Assembly: GCA_037968475.1 (NCBI GenBank)
Contig: JBBKVO010000024.1
Location: 68,067-132,066 of the forward strand
Direction: 5' to 3'
DNA length: 64,000 nt
Source: Bacteroidia bacterium
Lineage (GTDB): Bacteria > Bacteroidota > Bacteroidia > UBA8524
Both the position numbers and the translations under genes were made by a program. The first letter of the stretch is position 1; every line of letters begins with the position of its first letter. The notes under the pieces are model-generated. The model was not told where the DNA came from. It worked only from the letters and a program-made list of their open reading frames with translations, and made no database searches. Below are positions 18,845 through 28,562 of the stretch, in pieces.

Positions 18845-18880
18845 AAGAGGGGTGCGATTTTAAATCGCACCCCTCTTTTG
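18845..18880. terminator. Bidirectional hairpin terminator (agaggggtgcga-ttttaaa-tcgcacccctct followed by TTTTGTT) between convergent genes
   Basis: Perfect 12-bp stem with T tracts on both sides. Confidence 0.5.
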
Positions 18881-18898
18881 TTAATAGCATTGTGGTTG

Positions 18899-19114
18899 TT
18901 ATTTCTGCAACCATTTGCCCATTGCTTTTTGCACATTGGGTAAAATAACAAATACCATAAGTGGCACTACCATTAGGGTAATAACTAGTGTACGCAGCGG
19001 CAGCGGATTTATTAATAAAAAGTGCTGGCCAAAAACGGCAAACAAAATTGTAATGGTAGGGTAAATGGCTACCCAAATCACGATGGCCATTTTCCATTTT
19101 TTAGGCGGTTTCAT
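18899..19114 (-). CDS. DUF2798-like small two-TM membrane protein
   Basis: 71 aa with two hydrophobic helices. Pattern similar to the conserved Bacteroidetes DUF2798 family. Confidence 0.35.
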   Translation of the reverse strand: MKPPKKWKMAIVIWVAIYPTITILFAVFGQHFLLINPLPLRTLVITLMVVPLMVFVILPNVQKAMGKWLQK

Positions 19115-19115
19115 T

Positions 19116-19883
19116 CTAAAATTTGTTTTTTATAATTTCAGTCAGCAAGCGATACACTTTTTCCTCGTCGCTGCCTTTGGGCAGCAACTCAAGGTGCTTT
19201 TGCAGGGTGTTATCGTCGTGGCGTTTGGCAGGCCCTGTTTGTGCTTGTTTCGGCGACATTTGCTGCACTTTTTGTGCCGTTTCTAGTATCAAGGGTCGTA
19301 AAAGATCAAAACTTAATCCTTGCTGCTCTAAAACCCCTGCTGCTTCTGCATACAAGGCATTGGTAAAGTTATTGGCAAAAACAGCTGCAAGGTGCAGGTA
19401 TTTTCGTTTTTCTGATGAGATAATTTGCACACTATTGCTAATGGTATTGCCCAATGCCATTAGCTGACTTTCAGCTGCTTTGTTATTTCCCTCAATACAA
19501 AGGGGGATACTAAAAAAGTTTACTTTTTTACCCTCGCTTAGTGTTTGCACAGGGTAAAATACACCATAAAACGGTGAGGTATTTTTTAGCAATTCTATAT
19601 CCATTGCCCCTGCTGTGTGGGCTATGAGGTAGGGCTTGTTGGATAATTGAGCGGCTATTTGTGCTATGGCATCATCGCTAATGCAAAGTAGTAGCACATC
19701 AATATCATCCTCAAGTTGGTTAAGAGTGCTTATAGCCTGTGCATTAAAAGGCTGAGCCAATTGCTTCGCCTTTTGCATATCACGTCCCCAAACCTGCACT
19801 ATGGTATGGCGTGCGGCATCAAGGGCATGGGCAAGATGCCATGCCACGTTTCCTGTCCCTAGTATTGATATTTTATAAGGCAA
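19116..19883 (-). CDS. Rossmann-like / DUF2520 domain protein
   Basis: 255 aa. N-terminal ISILGTGNVAWHLAHAL Rossmann motif and a C-terminal DUF2520-like region. Confidence 0.55.
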   Translation of the reverse strand: MPYKISILGTGNVAWHLAHALDAARHTIVQVWGRDMQKAKQLAQPFNAQAISTLNQLEDDIDVLLLCISDDAIAQIAAQLSNKPYLIAHTAGAMDIELLKNTSPFYGVFYPVQTLSEGKKVNFFSIPLCIEGNNKAAESQLMALGNTISNSVQIISSEKRKYLHLAAVFANNFTNALYAEAAGVLEQQGLSFDLLRPLILETAQKVQQMSPKQAQTGPAKRHDDNTLQKHLELLPKGSDEEKVYRLLTEIIKNKF

Positions 19884-19892
19884 TCTTCAAAA

Positions 19893-20513
19893 TTACCTTT
19901 CTTTTAGCACCATATCAATACACATTACGGCTGCTAAGATTAATTGACGTAAGGGACTGTCTTGTGGCACGGCCTCATTTATGTTAAGTACGTAGTTATC
20001 GGCACTGGTAAACAGCTCTTTGCCCAAGCCTGCCCACTTTTTGGTTACGTGTGCAAACTCAAGATTATCTTTTATAAACCTAAAATCCCAACCCGTCCAT
20101 TTGCCTTTTAGCATACAAAGTGGATTACCATTGGGGTCTAGCACCTCAAACTTGCCGCCAATAGAAAACAGTTTTTGTTTGAAAAGACCAATTACTTTGT
20201 CGTTTTCGTCCAACACTTCAACTTTTGAAAGCCAAAAGTTTACACCACGTTTCACACGTACCACCGTTTGCCCATCAGGAGTTTTCACTACAACATTAAA
20301 CGGAGTCATAGTTTTGTAATCGGTGAAGCGAAAAATTTTAGTGAAAAAACCAAGATTTTCCTCTCTGCACGTCATTATCATCTCATTGGTTTCAGGGTTA
20401 AAAATATCGTAGTTGTTAGAGGCTTTAAACATGCCTACGTGTTCTTTTACAAAGAAAAGATTGCGGTTTAATATCGGGTTCATTAGGGTTGTAAATAATG
20501 TGGCAATATGCAA
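19893..20513 (-). CDS. LURP-one-related/DUF567 (tubby C-terminal-like, scramblase fold) family protein
   Basis: 206-aa soluble protein. Pattern-level resemblance only. Confidence 0.3.
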   Translation of the reverse strand: MHIATLFTTLMNPILNRNLFFVKEHVGMFKASNNYDIFNPETNEMIMTCREENLGFFTKIFRFTDYKTMTPFNVVVKTPDGQTVVRVKRGVNFWLSKVEVLDENDKVIGLFKQKLFSIGGKFEVLDPNGNPLCMLKGKWTGWDFRFIKDNLEFAHVTKKWAGLGKELFTSADNYVLNINEAVPQDSPLRQLILAAVMCIDMVLKER

Positions 20514-20536
20514 ATTATATGTAATATTTAACGGTA

Positions 20537-21268
20537 CTAATCAATTAACATTTCTTTAAATTCTTCGACGGGAATTTCGAAATAATTTTTCTGAAAATGG
20601 TTTAATTGAATTTCTCTTGACGAAGGCAATAAAAATCGTACTACTTGGTTGCTGCCTTCTTTTTCAGTAGTAACAATAAACTCCATTTTATTAAAAGACG
20701 CCCCTAAACCATAATTTTCATACGGGTTAGGCTCTTCTTTAACGAATAATGAACGCGCCATATTCTCCACAACTTGGTTATAGCCTGTTTCATCCACAGT
20801 AGGAAGTATAGAACCACCGTGTTGTTTACTGGTAATGCTTAGGTTTTTTTTGCTGTTGGCAATCGTTAGTTTCAGCTTGCTGTATTGGCTGCCGTCCATT
20901 ACAAAAAAATCTAATCTGGGCATTAAAAGCACTTTATTGTAAGGGTTGGTAGTATCTTTTTTATTGTGTTTTGTAAGATACAAAAGCACATATTTTTGTG
21001 TCTTATCTTGCTCCAGCTTAGCAATTTGCATGCTTATTAATAGTCTGCCACCGGCATCTGGCTGATTTGAAGTTAAAATAACATTATCGTTAGCATACCA
21101 TTGTTTAGCACTATCATCGTAATGTTTCCCTGTAAACGATGATACAAGTGGCGAAAGCTCAATTGTTGTTTCTTTAGTATTGGCGGCATTAAATAGTTTA
21201 GGGATAAGGAACAGTACCCGAACTAATATTATAACAAATAGAACAATTTTTAGCACATCTTTCATCAA
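20537..21268 (-). CDS. Hypothetical protein with an N-terminal TM/signal anchor
   Basis: 243-aa ORF. No family recognised. Confidence 0.35.
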   Translation of the reverse strand: MMKDVLKIVLFVIILVRVLFLIPKLFNAANTKETTIELSPLVSSFTGKHYDDSAKQWYANDNVILTSNQPDAGGRLLISMQIAKLEQDKTQKYVLLYLTKHNKKDTTNPYNKVLLMPRLDFFVMDGSQYSKLKLTIANSKKNLSITSKQHGGSILPTVDETGYNQVVENMARSLFVKEEPNPYENYGLGASFNKMEFIVTTEKEGSNQVVRFLLPSSREIQLNHFQKNYFEIPVEEFKEMLID

Positions 21269-21335
21269 TGCAATATAGCTACCGCATATTAAATTTTAAT
21301 ATATGGTTATTTATATTTCGACGAAAATAGATTTA

Positions 21336-24041
21336 TTACTTTGCTCGTTCTCTGCGGCTTTCTTTTACCCTGCGGATAATAGACATTAAAAAACCGATAA
21401 CCATAATAATAGTACCGCCCCAAACAAAGTTGATATAGGGAAATACTTTTGCCATCATCACCACATAGTCGCGTATCATTGGTCGTTCAGCAATAGTAAA
21501 TTCAAAGGCAGCAGAAGTGTTTCGTGTAGTATCGGGAGGAATAATATTGCTGAATTTTATTTTAATATCAGCGCCTGCCACTTCCTCGTCGGGAGAAATA
21601 CGTATATCATTAGCCAGTATAAAACGAGGGTTAGCCTCAATAGTATCATACAAGGTAATTACACGCATATTGGCCGCCACCAATAAGTCATTTCCATTAG
21701 GTTGCTCAGGCACGCTAATGCCATCTAGTATCACTTTTACTTTGGCATTGTCTGTATACAAGGTATCGTGTATTGCAATGCTATCTGTATGAAAATGCTC
21801 GTAAGGGCGGTCTTTATTGCCTTCTTTATCAGGTATCGACGATACGTAGGTAAATACATCGTGCGTAAGGTAGTGCCTTGTATCAGGATTTGAAATTAGC
21901 CCCATTTTGGGGTTGGTTTGCGAATTGGGGAGCAGGAAAAATTTTTCACCCGTTGGCAAACTGTCTTTACCCAGTTTTTCAAATTGTATTTTGAAAAAAT
22001 TATCGGGTGCAGCAAGTGAATCTCCTAAATAGGTAACAATATAACCCTCCATTGGGGTGGGGGTATTTTTAAATAATAATACATGTTCTTTTTGACTTTC
22101 CTCGTCAAAGTTTTCGCCCAAATCGGAGCGGGTATAGTTTATAGATATTGCTCTTTTATTGGCCGATGATACTAAAACCCCTACTAATAATAAGCCAAAA
22201 CCAATGTGTGCCACACTTGCTCCGCTAAACTCCCACTTACCTTTTACTACTTTATATATGTAGTAAATATTTCCCACTACGGCATATACAGCACATAATA
22301 AAAATAGAAGGTATAATAAAAGTGTGCTATTGTTATCGGCTTTTATTTTAAAAACAAATAATAATACTGTTGTTAGTGCTAACGATATAGAAAGACTAAT
22401 AATAATATTATTGAAATAATATTTTTGCTGCGTTTTTTTATATTTTAAAAACTGAGTAGTGGCGGTTAATACGGCCAGTATCATTGCTACGGGAAGTTGC
22501 CACATATTATAGTAGCCAATAACATCATCAGGCGGCGCAAACTCTAATTTTGATTGAATTGATGTGCCAAAAACAAAATTAATACCCCCTATTAAACTAT
22601 TTATAACCTGTGGAACGCCTAGTTTATTAAACACTGGTAAAGAGGTGCTTGCTATGACGTGTAGCCCTGAAAGAACAAACACTAGCGAACCTATAAACAT
22701 CCAAAATTCGCGCGAGCTAAAATCTTCTTCTTTGCCTTTTATAGGGTTTACCTTATAAATATTTCTAAAAAAGAAAAACAAAGTGATAAGCACATAAGGA
22801 ACAAAAATAGCTTTTTGTGCATACGATAAAACCACTGCAATATCCTCGCCTTGAGGAATAAAAGCAGTTATGATTTTGCCAATAAAAAAACTAAGAATAA
22901 ATACCAACACAGTAATGCCTAAATAGCCAAAACGTAGTTTGGTATTATTAATAGTTACATAAGCAGGCAGCCAAAGAAATATAAATAAGAATACAAGTAG
23001 CTGCCCCGACATTCCTAAGTCGGTAAACGAGTGTACCGATGTATTGCCCAATATGCCGCTACGGGTTAGGAAGGTAGCATACAACACCAACAAAAAGGAG
23101 AATATGGCAAGCAAATAGGTGCTGTATAGCGCATTACCTGTCGATTTGTAAATCAACATAAGATGCACTGTTGCTATCAGTATAAGCCACGGGATAAGTG
23201 AGGCGTTTTCTACGGGATCCCAAGCCCAGTAACCACCAAAGGTTAGCGACTCATACGCCCAAAAACCACCCATTATTATACCTGTGCCCAACACCATTAC
23301 ACCCACCAATGCCCAAGGCAAAGCAGGTTTTACCCATTCGGTATAGCGGCGTGTCCACAGAGCAGAGACAGCGTAGGCAAAAGGCACTATACTGGCGGCA
23401 AAACCAAAAAACAGCGTAGGTGGATGTATCACCATCCAATAGTTTTGTAGTAGGGGGTTTAGTCCGTTACCGTCTTTTATAAAATTAAGATAATCGGGTC
23501 GGCTAAATATAGGGCCTTGCGTCATATCGCGCAGTAAATTAAAAGGGCTACTGCCTATTTTACTACCCAAAAACTCTACGCCAAGCAACATAGTACTTAG
23601 CATTATTTGGGCAATAGAAATAATTGCCATAACGGGGCTTTCCCAGCTACGGGCAGTAAACATTAAAATATTACCAATTACCACGTGCCATACCATCCAA
23701 AGCAAAAAGCTGCCTTCTTGCCCTTCCCAAAAGCACGATATCATGTATTTTAGGGGCAAAGCAGTAGATGAGTGCTGCCACGCATATTGATACTCGAAAT
23801 AGTGGCGTTGTATTATTACAAAAAGAATGACGAAAATAGAAACAACTGCTGTCGAGTGGATATAGAACCCCGCACGACCCATATTGCGCCAAAAAGTTTT
23901 GTTTTCAGCCCCTCCTTTAAAAGAGAGTAAATAACTAAAGGCAGAAAATAGTGCTGCGCCAAAAGAAAGGTATACGGCAAACTTGCCCCAGTTGCCTATG
24001 GCCAAGTGCTCGCCTATATACGTTACAATATTTTCTTCCAT
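21336..24041 (-). CDS. ccmF: Cytochrome c-type biogenesis protein CcmF (System I heme lyase) with a C-terminal extension
   Basis: 901 aa. WWD motif GGYWAWDPVENASLIPWL matches E. coli CcmF GGWWFWDPVENASFMPW. Polytopic. Confidence 0.75.
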   Translation of the reverse strand: MEENIVTYIGEHLAIGNWGKFAVYLSFGAALFSAFSYLLSFKGGAENKTFWRNMGRAGFYIHSTAVVSIFVILFVIIQRHYFEYQYAWQHSSTALPLKYMISCFWEGQEGSFLLWMVWHVVIGNILMFTARSWESPVMAIISIAQIMLSTMLLGVEFLGSKIGSSPFNLLRDMTQGPIFSRPDYLNFIKDGNGLNPLLQNYWMVIHPPTLFFGFAASIVPFAYAVSALWTRRYTEWVKPALPWALVGVMVLGTGIIMGGFWAYESLTFGGYWAWDPVENASLIPWLILIATVHLMLIYKSTGNALYSTYLLAIFSFLLVLYATFLTRSGILGNTSVHSFTDLGMSGQLLVFLFIFLWLPAYVTINNTKLRFGYLGITVLVFILSFFIGKIITAFIPQGEDIAVVLSYAQKAIFVPYVLITLFFFFRNIYKVNPIKGKEEDFSSREFWMFIGSLVFVLSGLHVIASTSLPVFNKLGVPQVINSLIGGINFVFGTSIQSKLEFAPPDDVIGYYNMWQLPVAMILAVLTATTQFLKYKKTQQKYYFNNIIISLSISLALTTVLLFVFKIKADNNSTLLLYLLFLLCAVYAVVGNIYYIYKVVKGKWEFSGASVAHIGFGLLLVGVLVSSANKRAISINYTRSDLGENFDEESQKEHVLLFKNTPTPMEGYIVTYLGDSLAAPDNFFKIQFEKLGKDSLPTGEKFFLLPNSQTNPKMGLISNPDTRHYLTHDVFTYVSSIPDKEGNKDRPYEHFHTDSIAIHDTLYTDNAKVKVILDGISVPEQPNGNDLLVAANMRVITLYDTIEANPRFILANDIRISPDEEVAGADIKIKFSNIIPPDTTRNTSAAFEFTIAERPMIRDYVVMMAKVFPYINFVWGGTIIMVIGFLMSIIRRVKESRRERAK

Positions 24042-24050
24042 TTATTTTTG

Positions 24051-24446
24051 TTAGTTCGCGGCGGTAACGTCTACCTCAGTTTCGTTGTATTTGCTCGGGC
24101 ATTTTAGCAATATCTCTTTTGCCTCAAAGGTTTCACCATTCATTTTGCCTTTTACCACAACGTTTTCACTACGTTCAAAATCTTGTGGGCGAGGTTGGCG
24201 ATATACTACCCTGTTCACATTATCCAAGCTATCTTTAAGGTAAAACTCAAAATAGTTAGGGTCTTTCAGTTCGTTGTATAACTGTGGTTTGGTGCGGTCT
24301 AGGTGGCCTACCACATGGTAGGTTTTGCCTTGGTTTTGGGCAGCAGTGTTAAATGTAGCATACTCGGTAGAGTTGCCGTACATAGATACTATAATGGCTA
24401 TTAATGCAGCCACCAAAACTATTGCTATAATGTATGATGTTTTCAT
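24051..24446 (-). CDS. ccmE: Cytochrome c maturation heme chaperone CcmE, the Cys variant (CxxxY instead of HxxxY)
   Basis: 131 aa. N-terminal TM. The C-terminal FERSENVVVKGKMNGETFEAKEILLKCPSKYNE aligns to E. coli [32 protein letters not shown], with Cys in the place of the heme-binding His. Confidence 0.65.
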   Translation of the reverse strand: MKTSYIIAIVLVAALIAIIVSMYGNSTEYATFNTAAQNQGKTYHVVGHLDRTKPQLYNELKDPNYFEFYLKDSLDNVNRVVYRQPRPQDFERSENVVVKGKMNGETFEAKEILLKCPSKYNETEVDVTAAN

Positions 24447-24458
24447 GCCCTAATGGTT

Positions 24459-24680
24459 TTAACCTTTTTCTTGTTTACGTTGTTTTTCAAGGCGGGTAAT
24501 TTTACGGTCAATAATTACCAAGTAGATAATTATACAGGCAAAAATCACGCTTAATACGCCTATCACTACATTTATTTTATCTCCGCCGGCTACATTGGCG
24601 GTGTTGTCTTGCCCAAATGCTACACTACTTAGTAGCAGACTAAAAGTAAAGGCAATAAGTTGTTTAATCTTCATCATCAA
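24459..24680 (-). CDS. ccmD: CcmD-like small membrane protein
   Basis: 73 aa with a single TM. It sits between ccmC and ccmE and overlaps ccmC by 17 nt. Confidence 0.5.
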   Translation of the reverse strand: MMMKIKQLIAFTFSLLLSSVAFGQDNTANVAGGDKINVVIGVLSVIFACIIIYLVIIDRKITRLEKQRKQEKG

Positions 24681-25701
24681 GTGCTTCTAATTTTTTAACC
24701 CTTATTCTTAAATTGGCTATCCAATAGGCTACCAAAATCCATCCCAAAACGGCAGGGTAAAATACCATGCGCATTGTATTGTCTAAATCGTAACTGTTAA
24801 AGCCCGGGTTACCTCCGTTTCCGGGATGTAACGAGTCGGTAAGGCGTGGCAGCACAAAAATCAAAACAATAAATATTGGGAAAAAGAACACATTGGATAC
24901 GGCTGAAATACGGGCTTTTTTTTCCTCATCGTCTATCGCCCCGCGAAGTATAAAGTAAGCCAAATACATTAGCATACCTATGGCCACACTGTTAAGTTTA
25001 GGGTCGTTTGGCCACGCCTGTCCCCAAGTAAAATTAGCCCAAAGCATGCCTGTTAGTATGCCCATAGTACCCAAAAGCATAGCAACACCAGTAAGTTGCG
25101 AGGCAGCAATATCGTGCTCGCGTTTACCGCTTTTTAGGTATTTTATGCTGTATACCATTCCGCCAATAAGTATAGCTATCATGCTAAACCACATAGGTAC
25201 ATGGTAAAACAAGTTGCGTATGGTTTGAAATAGTATTTTTAAGAACGGAAAACTGGTTAAAGCAGCCTCTTTGTGTGCTACTTTAATATTGCATTCTCCA
25301 AACTGGGTAATGCGTCCGCTATTTTCTTTTGCGTTAAACCAAAAGGCATTATCAAACACCACATTGCCGTCAACATCGTCATTTACTACAAGATGTAAAG
25401 GTGTTTTTGAGTCAAGCGTTGGAGCATCAAAAACAGCAGCTAAACTGTAGTTATCGCTAACTATAAGGTTTTGGGGGCAAATAATTTCTTTACCGTGTTT
25501 TATCCAAACCTTAAGGCTTTTTTCTTGCTCTTTAAAATGCGTGTTTTTTCCAGTGATAAGTATTGTGTTGCTTTCACCTTGCCGTAATTCTGAAGGAGTA
25601 ACCTCCATAATGCCCGGCCCTAAGGGTATGTACAAGCCTGCTATTATTGAATATAATACCAGCAGCACCCCCAAATATTTCCACCAATTCGTTTTAAACA
25701 T
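24664..25701 (-). CDS. ccmC: CcmC-like heme exporter / cytochrome c assembly protein with an ~150-aa N-terminal extension
   Basis: 345 aa. WWD motif WGQAWPNDPKLNS is comparable to E. coli WGTWWVWDARLTS. Confidence 0.7.
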   Translation of the reverse strand: MFKTNWWKYLGVLLVLYSIIAGLYIPLGPGIMEVTPSELRQGESNTILITGKNTHFKEQEKSLKVWIKHGKEIICPQNLIVSDNYSLAAVFDAPTLDSKTPLHLVVNDDVDGNVVFDNAFWFNAKENSGRITQFGECNIKVAHKEAALTSFPFLKILFQTIRNLFYHVPMWFSMIAILIGGMVYSIKYLKSGKREHDIAASQLTGVAMLLGTMGILTGMLWANFTWGQAWPNDPKLNSVAIGMLMYLAYFILRGAIDDEEKKARISAVSNVFFFPIFIVLIFVLPRLTDSLHPGNGGNPGFNSYDLDNTMRMVFYPAVLGWILVAYWIANLRIRVKKLEALDDED

Positions 25702-25743
25702 AGCTATCGTAAAACGGGTGCAAAGTTAAGTAAAAAGCCAACA

Positions 25744-27264
25744 CTACTGTGTGTTTTTGGCATACAATGTAAACTTATTATTATGCCATTGGGGTTGCCA
25801 CAATTGGGCATTGTGAACGACGTACTGTTTCTCGCTTTCAGGCGATAATTCGGTATGTATCAGTATATAATTGGGCGCAAAACGTTCAATATCATCTATA
25901 AAGGCACTATCGGCGGGGTTAACGGCAAAAGCATTACGTTGAGTATACAATGCCAGTGCACGCGGTTTTTTAAACAGAAACACAGCATTGGCGGGCGTGT
26001 TGTTTTGTATGTAGGTAAATGCTTCTATACTTTCAGCCTCTTGGGGGCCTGCAAAGTTGTTTTTTGCATTTTTTATAGCTTGATATTGCTCAGGCAAAAA
26101 TTGCAACATCACCAACACAAAACCACCCACAGCCCATATTTTTTTATTTAGAGTGAAACCCCATTGAATGCTTTTGAAACCCACTACTGCAAAGTGAAGC
26201 AATATAGGCGCAACAGGCAACAAAAACCGAAAACCCGAACCACGATAGGGGTAGACCAACAGCAAAGCAATATAGGCCAAAAATACCCACAGTATAGTAG
26301 GACGGTTTTTTGCCAATTGTTGCACCAAACCTATAATGCAAAAGGCCAAAACCAATGCTTGTGTTAGTAGGGGAAATACCTGCCAAGTGGGTTTACTTCG
26401 CTGAAAAAAATCTTGCACTAAAACAGTATAATACCCAAGGTTTTCTCGCACCGATACCCATAACGATTCGCCTGCAAAGTTGCCTCCGTAGGTAAACAAA
26501 TCGTCAAAGGTTATACCTGCGACAAAGTAATTGATGATGACAAAACAGGTTAGAAAGCCAATAATAAGCACAGTGGCAGGGTTGGTATATAGTTTGTTTT
26601 TTGGCTCAAACGGAGGTTGAAGGTCTATAATATTATTGATAACCCTAACGGCAAATATGGCGGCAATAACAGCCAAGCCCTGCATTTTGACAGCCAATAA
26701 TAAGCCCGCCACTAAACCCATAGCCACTGCCCGCAGCAGCGATTTTTTTCTGTTCTCCTCATCGTACTGCAAAAAACCGCGTTGGTGCATCAATATCAAT
26801 AAACCCGTTAGCGCAGTAAAAGGAATATCGGCCATTATTTCGCTTTTGAAATCGAGCAGCCACGGGTGCCAACACCAAAGCAAGCTAATGAGCACTGCCG
26901 TTAGCTCGTTATGAAAGCGGCGCAAAACCATATACCATATAAAACCCGCCAACACCAACCACAGCGACATATATACATTAAAAGCCACTATGCTATTGCC
27001 AAAAAGGGCATACACAGGGCTAAGTAACAGGGGAAACCCTGCGGGGTAGGCGGCAGGCCCCAACATTGGGTAATTGCTATTGTATATATAGCCTGTTTGT
27101 GCGGCTGTTTTACCCTCGACTATACATTTTGCTTGGTTGATGTATTGTGCAAAATCATCGCCCCAATCGTGGTTTTGGCGCACGGCTACAAAACAAAGGG
27201 GTAATAGCAGCACTAGTAAAACTATGCCGCCCCTGTGTTTTTGTATAAAGTGTAGTATTTGCAC
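25744..27264 (-). CDS. GT-C fold membrane glycosyltransferase, ArnT/PMT-like (GT39/GT83-like)
   Basis: 506 aa with ~11 predicted TM segments. The YPAGFPLLLSPVYALFGNS region resembles the PMT/ArnT loop motif. Confidence 0.5.
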   Translation of the reverse strand: MQILHFIQKHRGGIVLLVLLLPLCFVAVRQNHDWGDDFAQYINQAKCIVEGKTAAQTGYIYNSNYPMLGPAAYPAGFPLLLSPVYALFGNSIVAFNVYMSLWLVLAGFIWYMVLRRFHNELTAVLISLLWCWHPWLLDFKSEIMADIPFTALTGLLILMHQRGFLQYDEENRKKSLLRAVAMGLVAGLLLAVKMQGLAVIAAIFAVRVINNIIDLQPPFEPKNKLYTNPATVLIIGFLTCFVIINYFVAGITFDDLFTYGGNFAGESLWVSVRENLGYYTVLVQDFFQRSKPTWQVFPLLTQALVLAFCIIGLVQQLAKNRPTILWVFLAYIALLLVYPYRGSGFRFLLPVAPILLHFAVVGFKSIQWGFTLNKKIWAVGGFVLVMLQFLPEQYQAIKNAKNNFAGPQEAESIEAFTYIQNNTPANAVFLFKKPRALALYTQRNAFAVNPADSAFIDDIERFAPNYILIHTELSPESEKQYVVHNAQLWQPQWHNNKFTLYAKNTQ

Positions 27265-27313
27265 TTAATCTCAAAAGTAATAGATTTTTTATGGAAGTTG
27301 ACAGACAGTGCTA

Positions 27314-27358
27314 TACTTCCCCCTTTGTCAAACTTTAAAAGTTTGACAAAGGGGGAAG
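27314..27358. repeat. Perfect 45-nt palindrome (cttccccctttgtcaaacttt-a-aaagtttgacaaagggggaag) ~50 bp upstream of the GT-C/ccm operon start
   Basis: Seen directly in the sequence. Confidence 0.6.
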
Positions 27359-27408
27359 TGATATTGGTTTTCTTTTTCATCCCCCTACCTCCTTCGCTTG
27401 CGCACTTA

Positions 27409-27432
27409 TCCTTCGACTTCGCTCTGGATGAC
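27409..27432 (-). repeat. Hairpin-repeat core copy (reverse orientation): ccttcgacttcgctctggatgaca
   Basis: Matches the family consensus TGTCATCCTGAGCGRAGTCGAAGG. Confidence 0.55.
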
Positions 27433-27505
27433 AACGCGCTTGTGCATGGGCTAGTTCGGTTTTACTCACCCTAAAAAATACAAAATCGTACGATGGCTCA
27501 AAATT

Positions 27506-27530
27506 TCCCCTCTCTAAAAATTAGAGAGGG
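27506..27530. repeat. Perfect hairpin cccctctcta-aaaat-tagagagggg
   Basis: Seen directly in the sequence. Confidence 0.5.
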
Positions 27531-27682
27531 GAGCAACGACACAAATCAGGCTAAACAATATTTTGGGGTGAGTTAAAAAAACCTTGTCGACAGGTTAAAA
27601 CCTGCCGCTATTTATTACCCTATCGGGATTGCCGTGAGGTATGAATAGAATCGGGTTTCAAACCGATGAAAGCAACAGCACT

Positions 27683-27820
27683 CCTTCGACTTCGCTCAGG
27701 ATGACAGCCGCCGCACAAGGGGGACAATGCAGGGTTATATTTTTGGCAAAATAGTCTAAAAACCAATGGGCAGAGTCGTGGCTTCCCTCCTTGCGCTGTC
27801 GTCCAGAGCGAAGTCGAAGG
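27683..27820. mobile_element. MITE-like element, 138 bp. Terminal inverted copies of the repeat core (27683-27706 reverse, 27796-27820 forward) flank a ~90-bp spacer containing the family's internal motif caagggggacaatgcagg.
   Basis: The two 24-bp termini are reverse complements (22/24 matches). The same internal motif recurs at 32452-32478. Confidence 0.5.
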
Positions 27821-27978
27821 ATTGTGTCTGGATAAGGAGGGACTGAGGGTGGTATAAGTTGGTGTATTGATTTTTAACCCGAGCTTACGTTGAGTTAATC
27901 TTATTTCTTAAAGTAGAAAAATATAAAAAGATTGCTCTGTTAACATAAGAGGTTTTTCCACAATGACGAAAAAAAAGC

Positions 27979-28515
27979 CTAAAACTTGTTCTTCCACATC
28001 ATGCTTTCTACGGGTTTCATGGTGCGTTTGTTATACTTGGCCGATTTTTTATTGTCGTAGCTGGTTTCAATTTCACCACTTACTTCAAAATATATCAATT
28101 GGCCAATGGGCATACCGCGATAAATGCGCACAGGTTGCGATGCCGATATTTCCAACGTCCACGTATTGCAAAAACCAACATCGCCTTTGCCTGCCGTAGC
28201 GTGTATATCTATACCCAAACGGCCTGTACTGCTTTTACCTTCTAAAAAAGGGATATGCTTGTGGGTTTCTGTATACTCTTCGGTTACACCCAAATATAAA
28301 GTGCCGGGTTGCAGCACAAAGCCCTCCATAGGGATTTCGAAAATATCTATTTTATTATGCTCTTTAGCATCCAAAACACGGTTTTTGTAGGTGCCCAAAT
28401 GTTTGCCCAAATGCACATCGTACGAGTTGCTGCCCAAACAATCTTTGCGAAAAGGTTCTATTAAAATAGTGCCTAGTTCAATCTCCTCCAGTATTTTTTT
28501 ATCTGATAATATCAT
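27979..28515 (-). CDS. dcd: dCTP deaminase
   Basis: 178 aa. The KSSTGRLGI and LEIS catalytic region is typical of Dcd. Confidence 0.8.
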   Translation of the reverse strand: MILSDKKILEEIELGTILIEPFRKDCLGSNSYDVHLGKHLGTYKNRVLDAKEHNKIDIFEIPMEGFVLQPGTLYLGVTEEYTETHKHIPFLEGKSSTGRLGIDIHATAGKGDVGFCNTWTLEISASQPVRIYRGMPIGQLIYFEVSGEIETSYDNKKSAKYNKRTMKPVESMMWKNKF

Positions 28516-28562
28516 TGTCTTGTATTCTATTCAAAATGGTTTGGGCTTTGACAACATCTCCG

